From the NCBI RefSeq assembly GCF_001194135.2, contig NC_068981.1:103402448-103441085 (forward strand): a DNA stretch of 38,638 nucleotides. Reading direction: 5' to 3'. Under the pieces are notes generated by a model, which had not been told where the DNA came from, made no database searches, and saw only the letters and a program-made list of their open reading frames with translations. Of the stretch, positions 11,528-22,737 are shown one piece after another. Position 1 is the first letter of the stretch. The number at the start of each line of letters is the position of its first letter. Source of the DNA: Octopus bimaculoides (lineage: Eukaryota). Position numbers and translations under genes: made by a program.

Positions 11528-12112
11528 CTCCTGATCCAGCAGTAAACTAAAGATCCTTGAAATGTTCTTTCTAAATACTGCGAATTCTTTCTGAATAAAT
11601 CGACGTTATGCTTTATCGAAATATAAATCTCATGTAGAAAATGTGACTTCTGAACGAGTTTGTCAACAAATATGCAACTACAGCCCCTATTGCCTCTATA
11701 ATCACATGCTATCATATCACCAGATCGTCATTCGTCAAATTTTGTTGTGGTTCAAATAACAAAGCTTAGCAATATTCTCATCTGATGTCAATACGATGGA
11801 TTGACGATTTCAATAATGTTTGAAAATTTGAATCTTATAATATATTGGCTTTTAGGGAAGTGCAGTTGGTGCATTTCTTAAAAAGTTAGTAGTGAACAAG
11901 AGACACTACATTCACGAGAAGATTCTGAACGCCAACTAAGATCGGCGGGACAGCATATTCCAGAAACAATGGACAGCTTGCTGAAATTCCTAGCTTCATA
12001 GTGTACTAATATAGGAAATGTCGGTTCTTGATACCAGTTTTCCGGGTCTGTTCGTGCTGTGCGCTTGGTGTTGAAACCATTCTGCACTTCATAGTAATTA
12101 TGTTGTGTATTT

Positions 12113-12332
12113 AAGGCGGAAAGCTAGCAGAATCGTAAGTACGCCGGACGAAATGCTTAGTGTCATTTCGTTCATCGCTACGTTCTGAGTTCAAATTCCG
12201 CCGAGGTCGACCTTGTCTTTCATCCTTTCGGGGCTCGATAAATTAACTACCAGTTCAGTACTGGGGGTCGATATAATCGATTTATCTCCTCCTCCGAACT
12301 TCCTGGCCTTGTGCCAAAATTTGGAATCAGTT
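12113..12332 (+). mobile_element. tRNA-derived SINE family D, full length
   Basis: GGCGGAAAGCTAGCAGAATCG head, box B-like GAGTTCAAATTCC, body GAGGTCGACCTTGTCTTTCATCCTTTCGGGG, tail GGCCTTGTGCCAAAATTTG; matches 33813-34025 and 29519-29743. Confidence 0.9.
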
Positions 12333-12780
12333 ATGTAGTGTATTTAGGAGCAGTCGGCTTCTTGGAGCTTATCCTGCTGTAAACTAATTAACGAGAGATG
12401 AACTCTGCTCTATGAACAAATTAAATTCTCGACACGGTGCTGCAATTATTCCTACACCATAGCACTTATTTATAGTTCGCTGGACTAGGCAAACGTGAGA
12501 TCTGGTCACTTATACAACGGAACTGGCCAACAACAGGATATGATCCGATCATCTATCGGCTAGCTGTGCAGTGAACCGTAATCTCATTTGACTGGAACAT
12601 AATAAAAATTGACGAAGGAGATTGTGACCAGATGACAATGCTTTAGCCAGGCAATCTAAGACAGCTAAAATAAAGTATCTTAAATAAACAGACACGAGCG
12701 TAGTGGCTATTCGCACTCATGAACAACCAGCCAGTATTTCATCCTCTATCCACATGATTATTGCATTCCTAACATTCTTA

Positions 12781-13082
12781 AGACATGTGGTTGTTTGGTA
12801 AGAAGTTTGCTTTCCAACCACATGGTTCCTGCTTCAATCCCACTGCGTGACACCTTGGGTAAAGTGCCTTCTAGTGTAGCTCCGGGCTGACTAATACTTT
12901 TGTGAGTGGATTTGGTAGACTTAAACTGAAAGAAGCCCGCCTTATCTCTCTCTCTCTCTCTCTTTCTTTCTCTCTATCTATCTATCTATTTATCTGTATA
13001 TATCAATGTGTGTGTCTATTTATATGCATGGATCTATCTATATGCCTGTATATGTGTGTATACACACATACACATATATATC

Positions 13083-13140
<58 letters not shown>

Positions 13141-13370
13141 CTTGTGTTTGTGATTGTATTTATGTTAGTCCCCACCACTGCTTGACAAGCAATGTTAGTT
13201 TGCATATGTTCTCGTACCAGTAGTTTAGCTGTTTTCGCAAAAGAGATCGATAGAATAAGTACCGGTCTTCAAAATAGTAGTACTATGGTAGATTTTTTCG
13301 ATTAAATCCTTCAAGGCTCTGCTCCAGCATGACCCCAGTCCAATGACTGAAACAAGTAAAAGATAAAGGA
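12781..13370 (+). mobile_element. tRNA-derived SINE family B, full length with expanded internal microsatellite
   Basis: Same head, core and 3' body as 3627-4090; internal (CT)n-(CTAT)n-(TG)n. Confidence 0.9.
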
Positions 13371-14339
13371 TATGAAAGACATTTCGACCGGTTCTCCATA
13401 CAAAGAGCCAAGATAGAACGTTTTATCGTAAGTATTATGTTAGATTTACATTTCCATCAAATGGATTTTAGAGCAAGGTTGCCTCGCTGAAGCTGCTCCT
13501 CTTCGAACCAAGTTTAGGTAAATATTCGCAAACAGACCTGGTAACAAAGAAACCAGCCCTACACGTCAGAGCTCATCGCTTCTTGCGCTCTTAACTGTAA
13601 ACCATCAATTTCCCTGAACGCTGGTACTATTTTTTCTGAACGAAACACTCTTCTCATGAATTGCCTTGTGATATATGGATAGAGTCAAGGCTTAGTCAGG
13701 AACACGAGGAAGCAACAGTGAATATTGTTAGCAAGGTGAAAGGCTGATAGTGATTCATTTTCAGACACTAAACTGGTATTGTGTCGATAGCCAAATACTT
13801 AATTTTCAAATTAGTTGACGTATATAGTAGTCGCAGTAGTGATGATTATTAGGAAGCATTTACATAAAAATGGTTCTTGGTTCGCATAATGATATAACCA
13901 ATAGCAGTACTAACGTTCACAAATGCACGATAAAAAAAACGATGAAAAAAATAAACAAAGACGAGCTCCCAATTCAGGAAGAGATAGTTCTCTCTTATAC
14001 TTAATGCTAATTCAACAACGGTTTCATACAGTAACCTTATGTATTCTAGTAATAAGTAACGGATTAACAGTTTATTCAATACAACAATTATTGTGGGCTA
14101 TGAACCATTGACGCTATAACTGATAAAGTGACACCCTATCAGCTCGGCCATTCGAGGCTTTCCTGTGCTTATTAAATTCTATTTACATGAAAGACTATGA
14201 TAATATATAAACATTCGTTTCAATTGTTGTCTGATGAAAGAACCCTATGATCAAAGACATGCTTTGAACAAACCGTACGTTTTTTCCCTCTCATACATAA
14301 TGTATCTAGAGGTAATACATTATCAATATGGCCTCGCTT

Positions 14340-14570
14340 TTTTTAAAGGCTAGAAGATTTGATTGCTACGTCCGATCATATACAAGATCTCTGATCAAGC
14401 GGATCACTGGTCAAAAGCGTTCTAGTCATGACCATCTTATCTTTCTTTATCTGTCTAGAACTTCATTATCAAATAGAGTGTCCAATGAGAGATATATATA
14501 TTTGGCTGCCATTTCTAGCAGGTCGAGTGATGCAGCTAGATGCTTGCTCGTTATTTCGCATACATTTATG
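14340..14570 (-). mobile_element. AAC-tailed interspersed repeat (family C), reverse copy
   Basis: TTTGGCTGCCATTTCTAGCAGGTCGAGTGA is the reverse complement of the GCTAGAAATAGCAGTCAAA block at about 34340-34360; the downstream GATC-rich block is also shared. Confidence 0.6.
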
Positions 14571-14879
14571 TTTGTATTAGTGCATAAGTAAATTGAACAT
14601 GATGATAAGCAAACGTATTGAACATACTCAAAAGTCACGAGCAGAAATGGCTTCATGATGGTCGTACATGAATATCACGAAGCTGTTACTTGGCAAGAAG
14701 CAGATACGTATTCAGGTGAGAGGCGAACGAAGAACAAAATGTTCAAAGGAAAGTGCCCACCAGTAAACAAACAAAATGAGTACAGGTCAACATAGAGACA
14801 CATATAGACGCTTACATGGGAACATGAACACATTTTTCTCTCTTTCTTTCTTTTTTCTTTCTTTCTTTCTTTCCATATC

Positions 14880-15062
14880 TATGCACCCCACACACATATA
14901 TATGCACACGCGTATATATATGTATGTGTGTGTGTGTGTGTATGTGTGTGTGTGTGTGTGTGTGTGAGTGTATGCATATGATATACATAGATATACATGC
15001 CTGCATATTAATAAGTATATGACATGCACATATATATATAATGTACATACATACATACATGC

Positions 15063-15122
<60 letters not shown>

Positions 15123-15170
15123 GTGTGTGTGTGTGTATACACATATATATATGCATATGCGTGTGGGTTT
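14880..15170 (+). repeat. (TG)n/(TA)n/(CATA)n compound microsatellite
   Basis: Read directly. Confidence 0.9.
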
Positions 15171-15258
15171 CCCAATTCATATTTTCCGGTAAGCGTTTAA
15201 TATATACATATATACGCGCGTTTCACCAGCTAGAAATACTTGCTAATAATCTTCAATT

Positions 15259-15562
15259 TGTGAAGGCGCGTGGCTAAGTGGTTTGGGCCATTCACTCACG
15301 ATCGTAGGGTCACGAGTTCGATTCCCAGCGCCGCGTTGTGTTCTTGCGCAAGAGGCTTTATCTCACGTTGCTCCAGTCCACTCAGCTGGCAAAAATGAGT
15401 AGTACCTGTATTTCAAAGGGCCAGCCTTGTCACACTCTGTGTCACGCTGAATCTCCCTGAGAACTACGTTAAGGGTACATATGTCTGTAGAATGCTCAAC
15501 TACTTGCACATTAGTTTCACGAGCAGGCTGTTCCGTTGATCAGATCAACAGGAATCATCAAT
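15259..15562 (+). mobile_element. tRNA-derived SINE family A (box A/B head, conserved central domain), full length
   Basis: Box A TGGCTAAGTGG, box B GAGTTCGATTCC, central TTGTGTTCTTGCGCAAGAGGCTTTATCTCACGTTGCTCCAGTCCACTCAGCTGG resembling CORE/V/Meta-type SINE cores; near-identical reverse copies at 22241 and 35745. Confidence 0.9.
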
Positions 15563-16231
15563 GTACACGCCCCCGTCTTAACAAAATTCTTCATCTTCAT
15601 AGGACATTTCAATTAGGGCACGGTGCTTCATCATTACCACAATTTGCTATATATGATGTTAAGTCCAATATTATTTTTTAGCAGTTTTTTTATATAGATT
15701 CCCTGTAATACCTGTACTAGTTGCCTCCCCTTAACTATAAGTCTAGTATAGTGCCCATTTGACCGTTTTTCGCATGTATGTCATATCGATAAGCTGCAGA
15801 AGTACATAAGCAGCCCCACACCACTTATTTTATTGTCTTCTCCGTATCCTTTACTTATTTTTTTATTTATTTTATCTTTATTTACATATCCATTGAAACG
15901 GTTTTTACTTATGCCCCCTGTTCAAATATAATTGACCAATTGTAGATCGCTGGACTGAACCTGTCCCATTGCGGACAACAGATGGGGTTCTCTTTAATAG
16001 TTCTGCACTATCTTAAGCACCCTAAGGTAATGTTTTGGATACATTTAACTTGAGTTTTTCATTAGCATAGGTAATGTTGATATGTATGACTTCCTAAATG
16101 GGAAGTACTTTTGACTCCTAATACATATTTTACAGGCTGGAATATCAAAGAATATTACCAGCATGGTACATGATCCAGATTTACTAACTTTCAAAAACTG
16201 TAAGTAATACCCTGAAACAACCAAGAAAGGT

Positions 16232-16517
16232 GTGACTTCCCAGAAACAGGGCGCTATTTTGACTCACTATTCTGATTATATGTCTGTGCACACGTTTGAA
16301 TGTGGTGTGTGCCAGAGGGTTTGCAAATCCAATGGGGGTCTTAAAAGACATGTTAGGATCCACAATGAGCAGAACTTACTTGCAGGTATTGGTAGTGCAA
16401 ATCAGAGGTGCAATCTGTGTGGGTGTTTTTTCAAAACACTGTCTGGTTTAAAAAGCCACATCAGACGCCATGAAAGGGCTAAGGTGTAGGTGCAGGAGGT
16501 GGTCAAACTCTGTTTAA
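16232..16517 (+). mobile_element. RTE-type LINE 3' end encoding two canonical C2H2 zinc fingers
   Basis: CGVCQRVCKSNGGLKRHVRIH and CNLCGCFFKTLSGLKSHIRRH both fit C-x2-C-x12-H-x3-H; the linker is not TGEKP-like. Finger 1 is homologous to CGRECVSTGGLKRHAKVH in the RTE at 22860-22915. The stop is followed by GGAGGTGGTCAAACTC, like the RTE tail, then a gap. Confidence 0.7.
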
Positions 16518-16744
16518 NNNNNNNNNNTATATATATACGTGTGTGTGTGTATTGATTGTGGAAGGATAAAGGTGACGGTCGAAATCAGTCCTGGTATGAA
16601 TCGAATCCAATAAGAAAAGAAACGTAAAAACTGTTGCAAAGCGTCTAGTCTATAACTCTACTTTATTTTTCTTAAGTCATCGTTCTACGTAGGTACAATA
16701 ATAATGACTCGTTACTAGCGACAGAAGCAGTATTAATTCAAAAT

Positions 16745-17200
16745 AGTATTCTGTATATCGTACTTAACGCAGATAGACTCTACAAAGCGTTGAAACTACG
16801 GTGTTAGTCTCAAGAAAGCATTTCCTATAGATGCATAGTGTTAAAAAAATCACGGAAATCAGTTAGCAATTGCTAATAACGAATTTTTATTCAGCCTGCC
16901 TGTTAATTCTGGCTTTAGTGATTTTATAAACACTGTTTTTTATATCAACGGCTGCTAAATTTATCTTACAATTCGGTTGTTGGTAGATGCTTACTACTGA
17001 TGATGCTCAAAGAAGCAGAAATACGTATTTAGCAATTCCCACACAATTACTGCTGAACACATTTCAGCAGATATTAATATATTGATATACTGTGTTTTTT
17101 TTAACGCAGTATGTCTATATCAGTTGCTTTCTCGAGATGAATATTGCAGTTTCCATATTTTCTACAGTATATCAACGTTAAGTATGATATACAGAATGCT
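16745..17200. repeat. Foldback element with ~120 bp inverted arms (16745-16863 and 17081-17200)
   Basis: Outer 40 bp match at 33/40 in reverse complement (AGTATTCTGTATATCGTACTTAACGCAGATAGACTCTACA vs AGCATTCTGTATATCATACTTAACGTTGATATACTGTAGA). Similarity continues through TCTC(A/G)AGAAAGCA and GTTAAAAAAA.CAC. Confidence 0.85.
16991..17035 (+). ncRNA. Type I minimal hammerhead ribozyme with complete core; predicted cleavage after 17029
   Basis: TTA-CTA-CTGATGA-TGCT(CAAAGA)AGCA-GAAA-TACGTA-TT-TAG-CAA. Stem I CTA/TAG (plus TT/AA past one mismatch), 4 bp stem II, palindromic ATACGTAT stem III, AUU triplet. Stem II is closed by U-A rather than the usual G-C. Confidence 0.75.
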
Positions 17201-18586
17201 ACAATAAAATGATTTGTAATTATACCACACGGTCACGACTTTGGCACACAAATTAAACTCCGATGCTTGATCTGTATTAACTCTATCGATATTGTAATTA
17301 TGACAATTAAAAACGACCGGGAAAAATTTAAAATCAGAACGTTTTATTCTTGTGCAATACTCAAAGTTTAGTATTAAAAAAATCAGAATCAAAATTTCGA
17401 GTTAGCATTATATTCGAGTGTTATAAACCTAAATGTAAAAAATAATAAACGCAACAACAAACCTATGAAAATGAAGATACAGAAGGCGGTAGCCCGAGAC
17501 ATCTTACGACTAATGTATACATGTTACTAGTTGTGGTAATGAAACAACGCACGTAGCGAATACATCCAAGAGCAATTATTGATTCTGTTACCACCCTGTG
17601 TGATTATATAATCTATTGTTTGAAAGTGGTTATTAAAATTTAAGTGATAACTGTTTAAAATGTGATTGTTGCATAACTAATGTGTGTTATTAGTGAATAA
17701 AGTTTTCATATACCATCATAGTAAATATATGGATGTGAAAATCTTAGTCATTACTTTGCAGTCATATTACATCGGTTTCTTAAAAATATGACTATATATT
17801 TATTTCTGGATCCCACAGCATTTGGAGAAAAGAAAAAAATATATGCATTATATTTAGATATAACAGTGAAGGTCGTATCATATTCTAAATCGCATTCTAA
17901 TCGAGTAAATGTGGCGAAAATATTGCACCATTGAAAGGAATATACTTCAGCCTTAGTGTTGCGATCAGGCAAATTCTTATGTATAAAAGGGGTAAACTTC
18001 TGATCGCCACAACAGAAATTGTTCAAACAGGGAATTAATATTCAAATATTGTGATCATGTAACAACAGGTGTAATACCCAAAAAATTTCATGTCCAGTTC
18101 TCAATTGTTTAAAGGTAGGTGGTGAACGGTCTGATCTGTATGCAGCTCTCTCCCTTGTTTTGCACTATCCGCGCCAAGCTATCCTGTATTCTCAACTCCC
18201 CTTTTTAACAGAAAGTAAACGAGATTACCAGCCGCGCTCGTTAACAGGAAGTAAACGAGATTACCTGTCTCATCCTATGATGACTTCCTATATATATATA
18301 TAGACATACCTACGTCATTTCAATTCTGCCAAAAGGTCGTTGACAAACGTTTATCTCACCACATTCAGAAAACATTGTAAGTTCTCTCCCTTAATTATAT
18401 TATAGATATACATAACATTAGATACAGTTTCACACAAGCGGTAGTTTACGAACTGACGAACCTGTAAGTGGTAAAAGGACACAGTAATTTACACATTGAA
18501 TTTACACACACATGCATATAAATATAAACAAAAATACTGATCCCTTTAATACAAAGTAGTAGAGCAACTGTCTTATGAATGTATGC

Positions 18587-18628
18587 ATCAATGAGGAGGT
18601 GGAATAATACCGAAACACTTCGTTTGGT
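18587..18628 (+). ncRNA. Hammerhead-like motif one substitution (C3A) from consensus
   Basis: ATCA-ATGAGGA-GGTG(GAATAA)TACC-GAAA-C(ACTTC)G-TT-TGGT: 4 bp stem I with one G-U, 4 bp stem II, 2 bp stem III, GUU triplet. Confidence 0.45.
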
Positions 18629-18765
18629 AATCCATAACACACCAGGCTCCAAGACTACGGAAAAAATTGTTCTTCGTGATAAAATCCAGAGAACGTCATT
18701 CACGTTTTATTGTGCAAAAATTTGTTAAGAATAAACGTACGCGTCATTATTTTTGCACTCGCTGC

Positions 18766-18769
<4 letters not shown>

Positions 18770-18805
<36 letters not shown>

Positions 18806-19215
18806 NNNNNNNNNNNNNNNNNNNNNNNNNNNNNNNNNNNNNNNNNNNNNNNNNNNNNNNNNNNNNNNNNNNNNNNNNNNNNNNNNNNNNNNNNNNNNNN
18901 NNNNNNNNNNNNNNNNNNNNNNNNNNNNNNNNNNNNNNNNNNNNNNNNNNNNNNNNNNNNNNNNNNNNNNNNNNNNNNNNNNNNNNNNNNNNNNNNNNNN
19001 NNNNNNNNNNNNNNNNNNNNNNNNNNNNNNNNNNNNNNNNNNNNNNNNNNNNNNNNNNNNNNNNNNNNNNNNNNNNNNNNNNNNNNNNNNNNNNNNNNNN
19101 NNNNNNNNNNNNNNNNNNNNNNNNNNNNNNNNNNNNNNNNNNNNNNNNNNNNNNNNNNNNNNNNNNNNNNNNNNNNNNNNNNNNNNNNNNNNNNNNNNNN
19201 NNNNNNNNNNNNNNN

Positions 19216-19272
<57 letters not shown>

Positions 19273-19425
19273 ATGTATGTATGTATGTATGTATGTATAT
19301 ATATATAATTATATATACACACACATATATAGTTCGATACATACATACGTACACACACACTCATATGTGTGCAGCATTCATGTATGTATGTATGTATGTA
19401 TGTGTGTATGTATGTATGTATGCAT
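18770..19425 (+). repeat. (TA)n tract spanning an assembly gap, followed by (TGTA)n
   Basis: Read directly; N at 18806-19215. Confidence 0.9.
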
Positions 19426-19759
19426 TTGTGTGTTTGTAAGCCAATAAGTAAAGACCTGCTGATGCTCTGTAGTAATCTCTCTCCACCGAGAAAACAAAAA
19501 AATAAGCATGAATCGATACGGTATGAAGGATATTTTCTGGCTGAGCACCTTTTGTACAAGATAGTGTCATACTAATAATCTAACCAGAATAAACTGTTAC
19601 AAGAAAATCTAAATAAGCATTTTCAGCTGGTTATGTTTCTCAGGCAAACTATCCATTAAAACCGATCCAACTGATTAGAGTAGTTTCTTCACGATCATCA
19701 ATATTATCTTTTTTCTTCCTCTTTCACTCCTACCCCTCTTCCACCTTTATCTCCTCCTC

Positions 19760-20160
19760 CTCCTCCTCCTGATCATGATCATCTTCATTTTGGTCGTCGT
19801 CTTCGCCGTCGTCGCCGTCGTCGCTGTCATCGTAGTCGTCGTCGTCATCGTTATCATCAAGTTTATCATCATCACCACCATCAACACCATCATCATATTC
19901 ATCATCGGGTTATTTTTGTTGACACTGTTCCTTCATTATCATCATCATCTTCAACATCATCATCATCCTCATCATCTTCATCATCATCATGTTGTTGTTA
20001 TAGCTTTTGGTCTTCTTCAGAATTATGGTCATCATCATGGTCATCATCATCATCAACAACTTCATATTGATCGTCCTCATTCTGCCCCTCCCTCCTTTAC
20101 ATTCCTCCCACTTTCCTTCCTCTTCATCATCATTATCATCTTCGCCATCATTCTTCTTTA
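19760..20160 (+). repeat. Degenerate (CAT)n/(CGT)n/(CCT)n triplet repeat
   Basis: Read directly; explains the poly-H/I/V/M ORFs. Confidence 0.9.
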
Positions 20161-20634
20161 ACCAGTCTCCTTCTACCTTCGACCCCGTCCCCTGGTTTTG
20201 TTTCCTATTTTTTTTTCGTTCCAATATGCCATAAAAACGAGACGATTCAACAGATACATGAAAGATATTTTTTTTTTCCACCTCTGCTAATCTTCTCCAT
20301 CACCGTCTCTCCAGCTGTCGATGTTTTCTGATTAATAAACTTATCCAACCGACAAGCATTTTTGTCTCATTGCACACACTAAAACTATTGGTCTGTTGAC
20401 TGGTCAATAATTTGACCACTCTTTCAATAAGCAATGAAAAATCAGCTGAGTGATCAGCGAGTTTGACAACGTTCTGCTATCAAAGAGCGATAAGTAATCG
20501 AAATAATCAGAATATCTGTAGCGCCTCATCACTATACAACATCGCTATTTGACAGGATCCATTTGTTTCCCAACTGGTGGGGCGTATCTCTCTGCAATCA
20601 CCACCTCACCATCTTTCTCACCTTCTTTATTCTC

Positions 20635-20654
20635 CCTCTCTCTATCTCTCTCTT

Positions 20655-20695
<41 letters not shown>

Positions 20696-20753
20696 CCCTT
20701 TCGCCTGATATATATATATATATATACAGAGATAGAGAGATATATAGACAGAT

Positions 20754-20788
<35 letters not shown>

Positions 20789-20849
20789 TAGATAGATATA
20801 CATATAGACAGATAGATATATACGCGCATACATATATATATACATATAC

Positions 20850-20880
<31 letters not shown>

Positions 20881-20934
20881 CAATCTACCTATCTATATCT
20901 CGCTCTTTCTTTCTCACTCTCTCCTTCTCTCTCC

Positions 20935-20972
<38 letters not shown>

Positions 20973-21042
20973 ATACATATAGATAGATAGATAGATAGAT
21001 ACGCGCATACATATATGCATATATATTATATAGACACATACA

Positions 21043-21098
<56 letters not shown>

Positions 21099-21170
21099 CA
21101 ATCTATTTATCTATATCTCACTCTTTCTCTCTTTCTCTCTGTCCATATATATATATATATATATATATAT
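20635..21170 (+). repeat. Compound microsatellite array with higher-order ~215 bp duplication
   Basis: (CT)n-(AT)n-(AGAT/AGAC)n-ATACGCGCATACATAT and TATCAATCTA..TATCTATATCTC.CTCTTTCT blocks recur at about 20810/20990 and 20876/21093. Confidence 0.75.
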
Positions 21171-22065
21171 CGGATGCTTTTCAGATAATCAGCCGTTTAT
21201 GAAATCTTGATGTTTGCTTCTAAGCCACATGACTGCATCATCTGTCAAGGAAGAAAATGGCGTCATTATGGAATTATTTATATACGACCAACCGTATGGT
21301 TAGTTATTTATTCGTTCTTGCATCACAATGAGTTGGCGGATGTTGCTCTATACTAAGAAAAATGTCTCTTAAAGAATGTGAACTAAATAAATAAATGAAT
21401 CAATAAATATATAAATAAATAAATAAATAAAATCGATACTACAATTTTGACAGGATTCGAACACAACGTTGAATGAAAGATACTTAATTTATAGTCAAAT
21501 ATTTAATAGCGAAGCGGACGCTAACATATTTGAAGTCGCAAACCAATAAATTTTAGTTAATCAAGATTACAATTTTAATGCCAAGAACAACACTCGCTTA
21601 ATAACTAATTCTGGTCAAAAAGGCAAGGGGACGACAAATCTGGAATTCATTAAAATCAATGAAATATAGAATGTAGCATCTGAGTGAATATGCTGAGCAG
21701 TTGCACAGTGACTTCTATGGATATGAGTTAGCGTTATTTAGATCTCATCGGCGAAGTACAGCCGAGCACAACCTTTCTCAAAGTCAAACGTGAAAAATGT
21801 GATGGAGAGTGGATTACATATGAACGAGGCGTCAGTAAAAGTTTTATTGGAAAACTCTCTTGAATATATGTGTGCGTGCGCGTACACACGTATACATACA
21901 TGCATGCATACATACATGCGCACACACACACGCGCACACATACATACATACATACATACATACATAGCACATAAATACATATGCATGCATCTAGACATGA
22001 AAATATATACATAAAAACGCATCCATGAAACAGACATACAAATCTGCGCATACACTAACACCAAA

Positions 22066-22104
<39 letters not shown>

Positions 22105-22240
22105 CACAAATACCTAGATGATGTTGATAAAAGTTTCAATGAAGGAGCCTTGAATCTATGTTAGAGTCCGGCTCTTTCTCCATGGACAAGAAATACAGAA
22201 ATGAAACTGATTGATAACATACATACATACATACATAACT

Positions 22241-22560
22241 GACACTCTGTCGGTTACGAACTTGAGTGATCCAGTTGGTTCCATCAACAGAACAGCCGCT
22301 GGCGAAATTAACCTGCAAGTTGCTGAGCACTCCACAGACACGTGTACCCTTAACATTCTGAGGGAGATTCAGCGTGACACAGAATGTGACAAGGCTGGCC
22401 CTTTGAATTACAGGTACTACTCGTTTTTGCTAGCTGAGTGAACTGGAGTAATATGAAATAAAGTGTCTTGCTCAAGGACACAACGTGCAGCTGGGAATCG
22501 AACTCATGACCTGACGATCGTGAGCCGAATACCCTAACCATTAAGCCACGCGCCTTCACA
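22241..22560 (-). mobile_element. tRNA-derived SINE family A, full length
   Basis: Reverse complement of the 15259-15562 element, beginning TGTGAAGGCGCGTGGCTTAATGG. Confidence 0.9.
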
Positions 22561-22737
22561 CATAAGAGCATATATACATACATACATGCATTCATACATA
22601 CATGCATACACACACACACATGCATACATACATACGCACACACACACATACATACATACACACATATGCATGCATACACATACATACATACATACATACA
22701 TGCATACATGCATACATGCATACATGCATACATGCAT

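Noticed and set aside
11113-11715. 200 aa minus-strand ORF
   Set aside because: It crosses a SINE remnant and a MITE, and the peptide has no domain signature; a chance ORF.
13375-13415. AACCGGTCGAAAT motif on the minus strand, resembling a hammerhead stem III
   Set aside because: The CUGANGA core and GAAA are absent.
14232-14260. CTGATGA motifs at about 14232, 23290 and 37771, and CTGACGA at about 18453
   Set aside because: No correctly spaced GAAA with pairing stems (18453 has stem II but AAAA and no stem I or III).
15265-15335. tRNA gene at SINE heads (also 12113, 30110-30165)
   Set aside because: Box A and B are present, but there is no complete cloverleaf or acceptor stem, and each continues into a repeated SINE body.
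17480-17530. Possible Helitron 3' end (GGCGGTAGCCCG... then CTAG)
   Set aside because: No convincing GC hairpin close to a CTRR terminus and no 5' TC boundary found.
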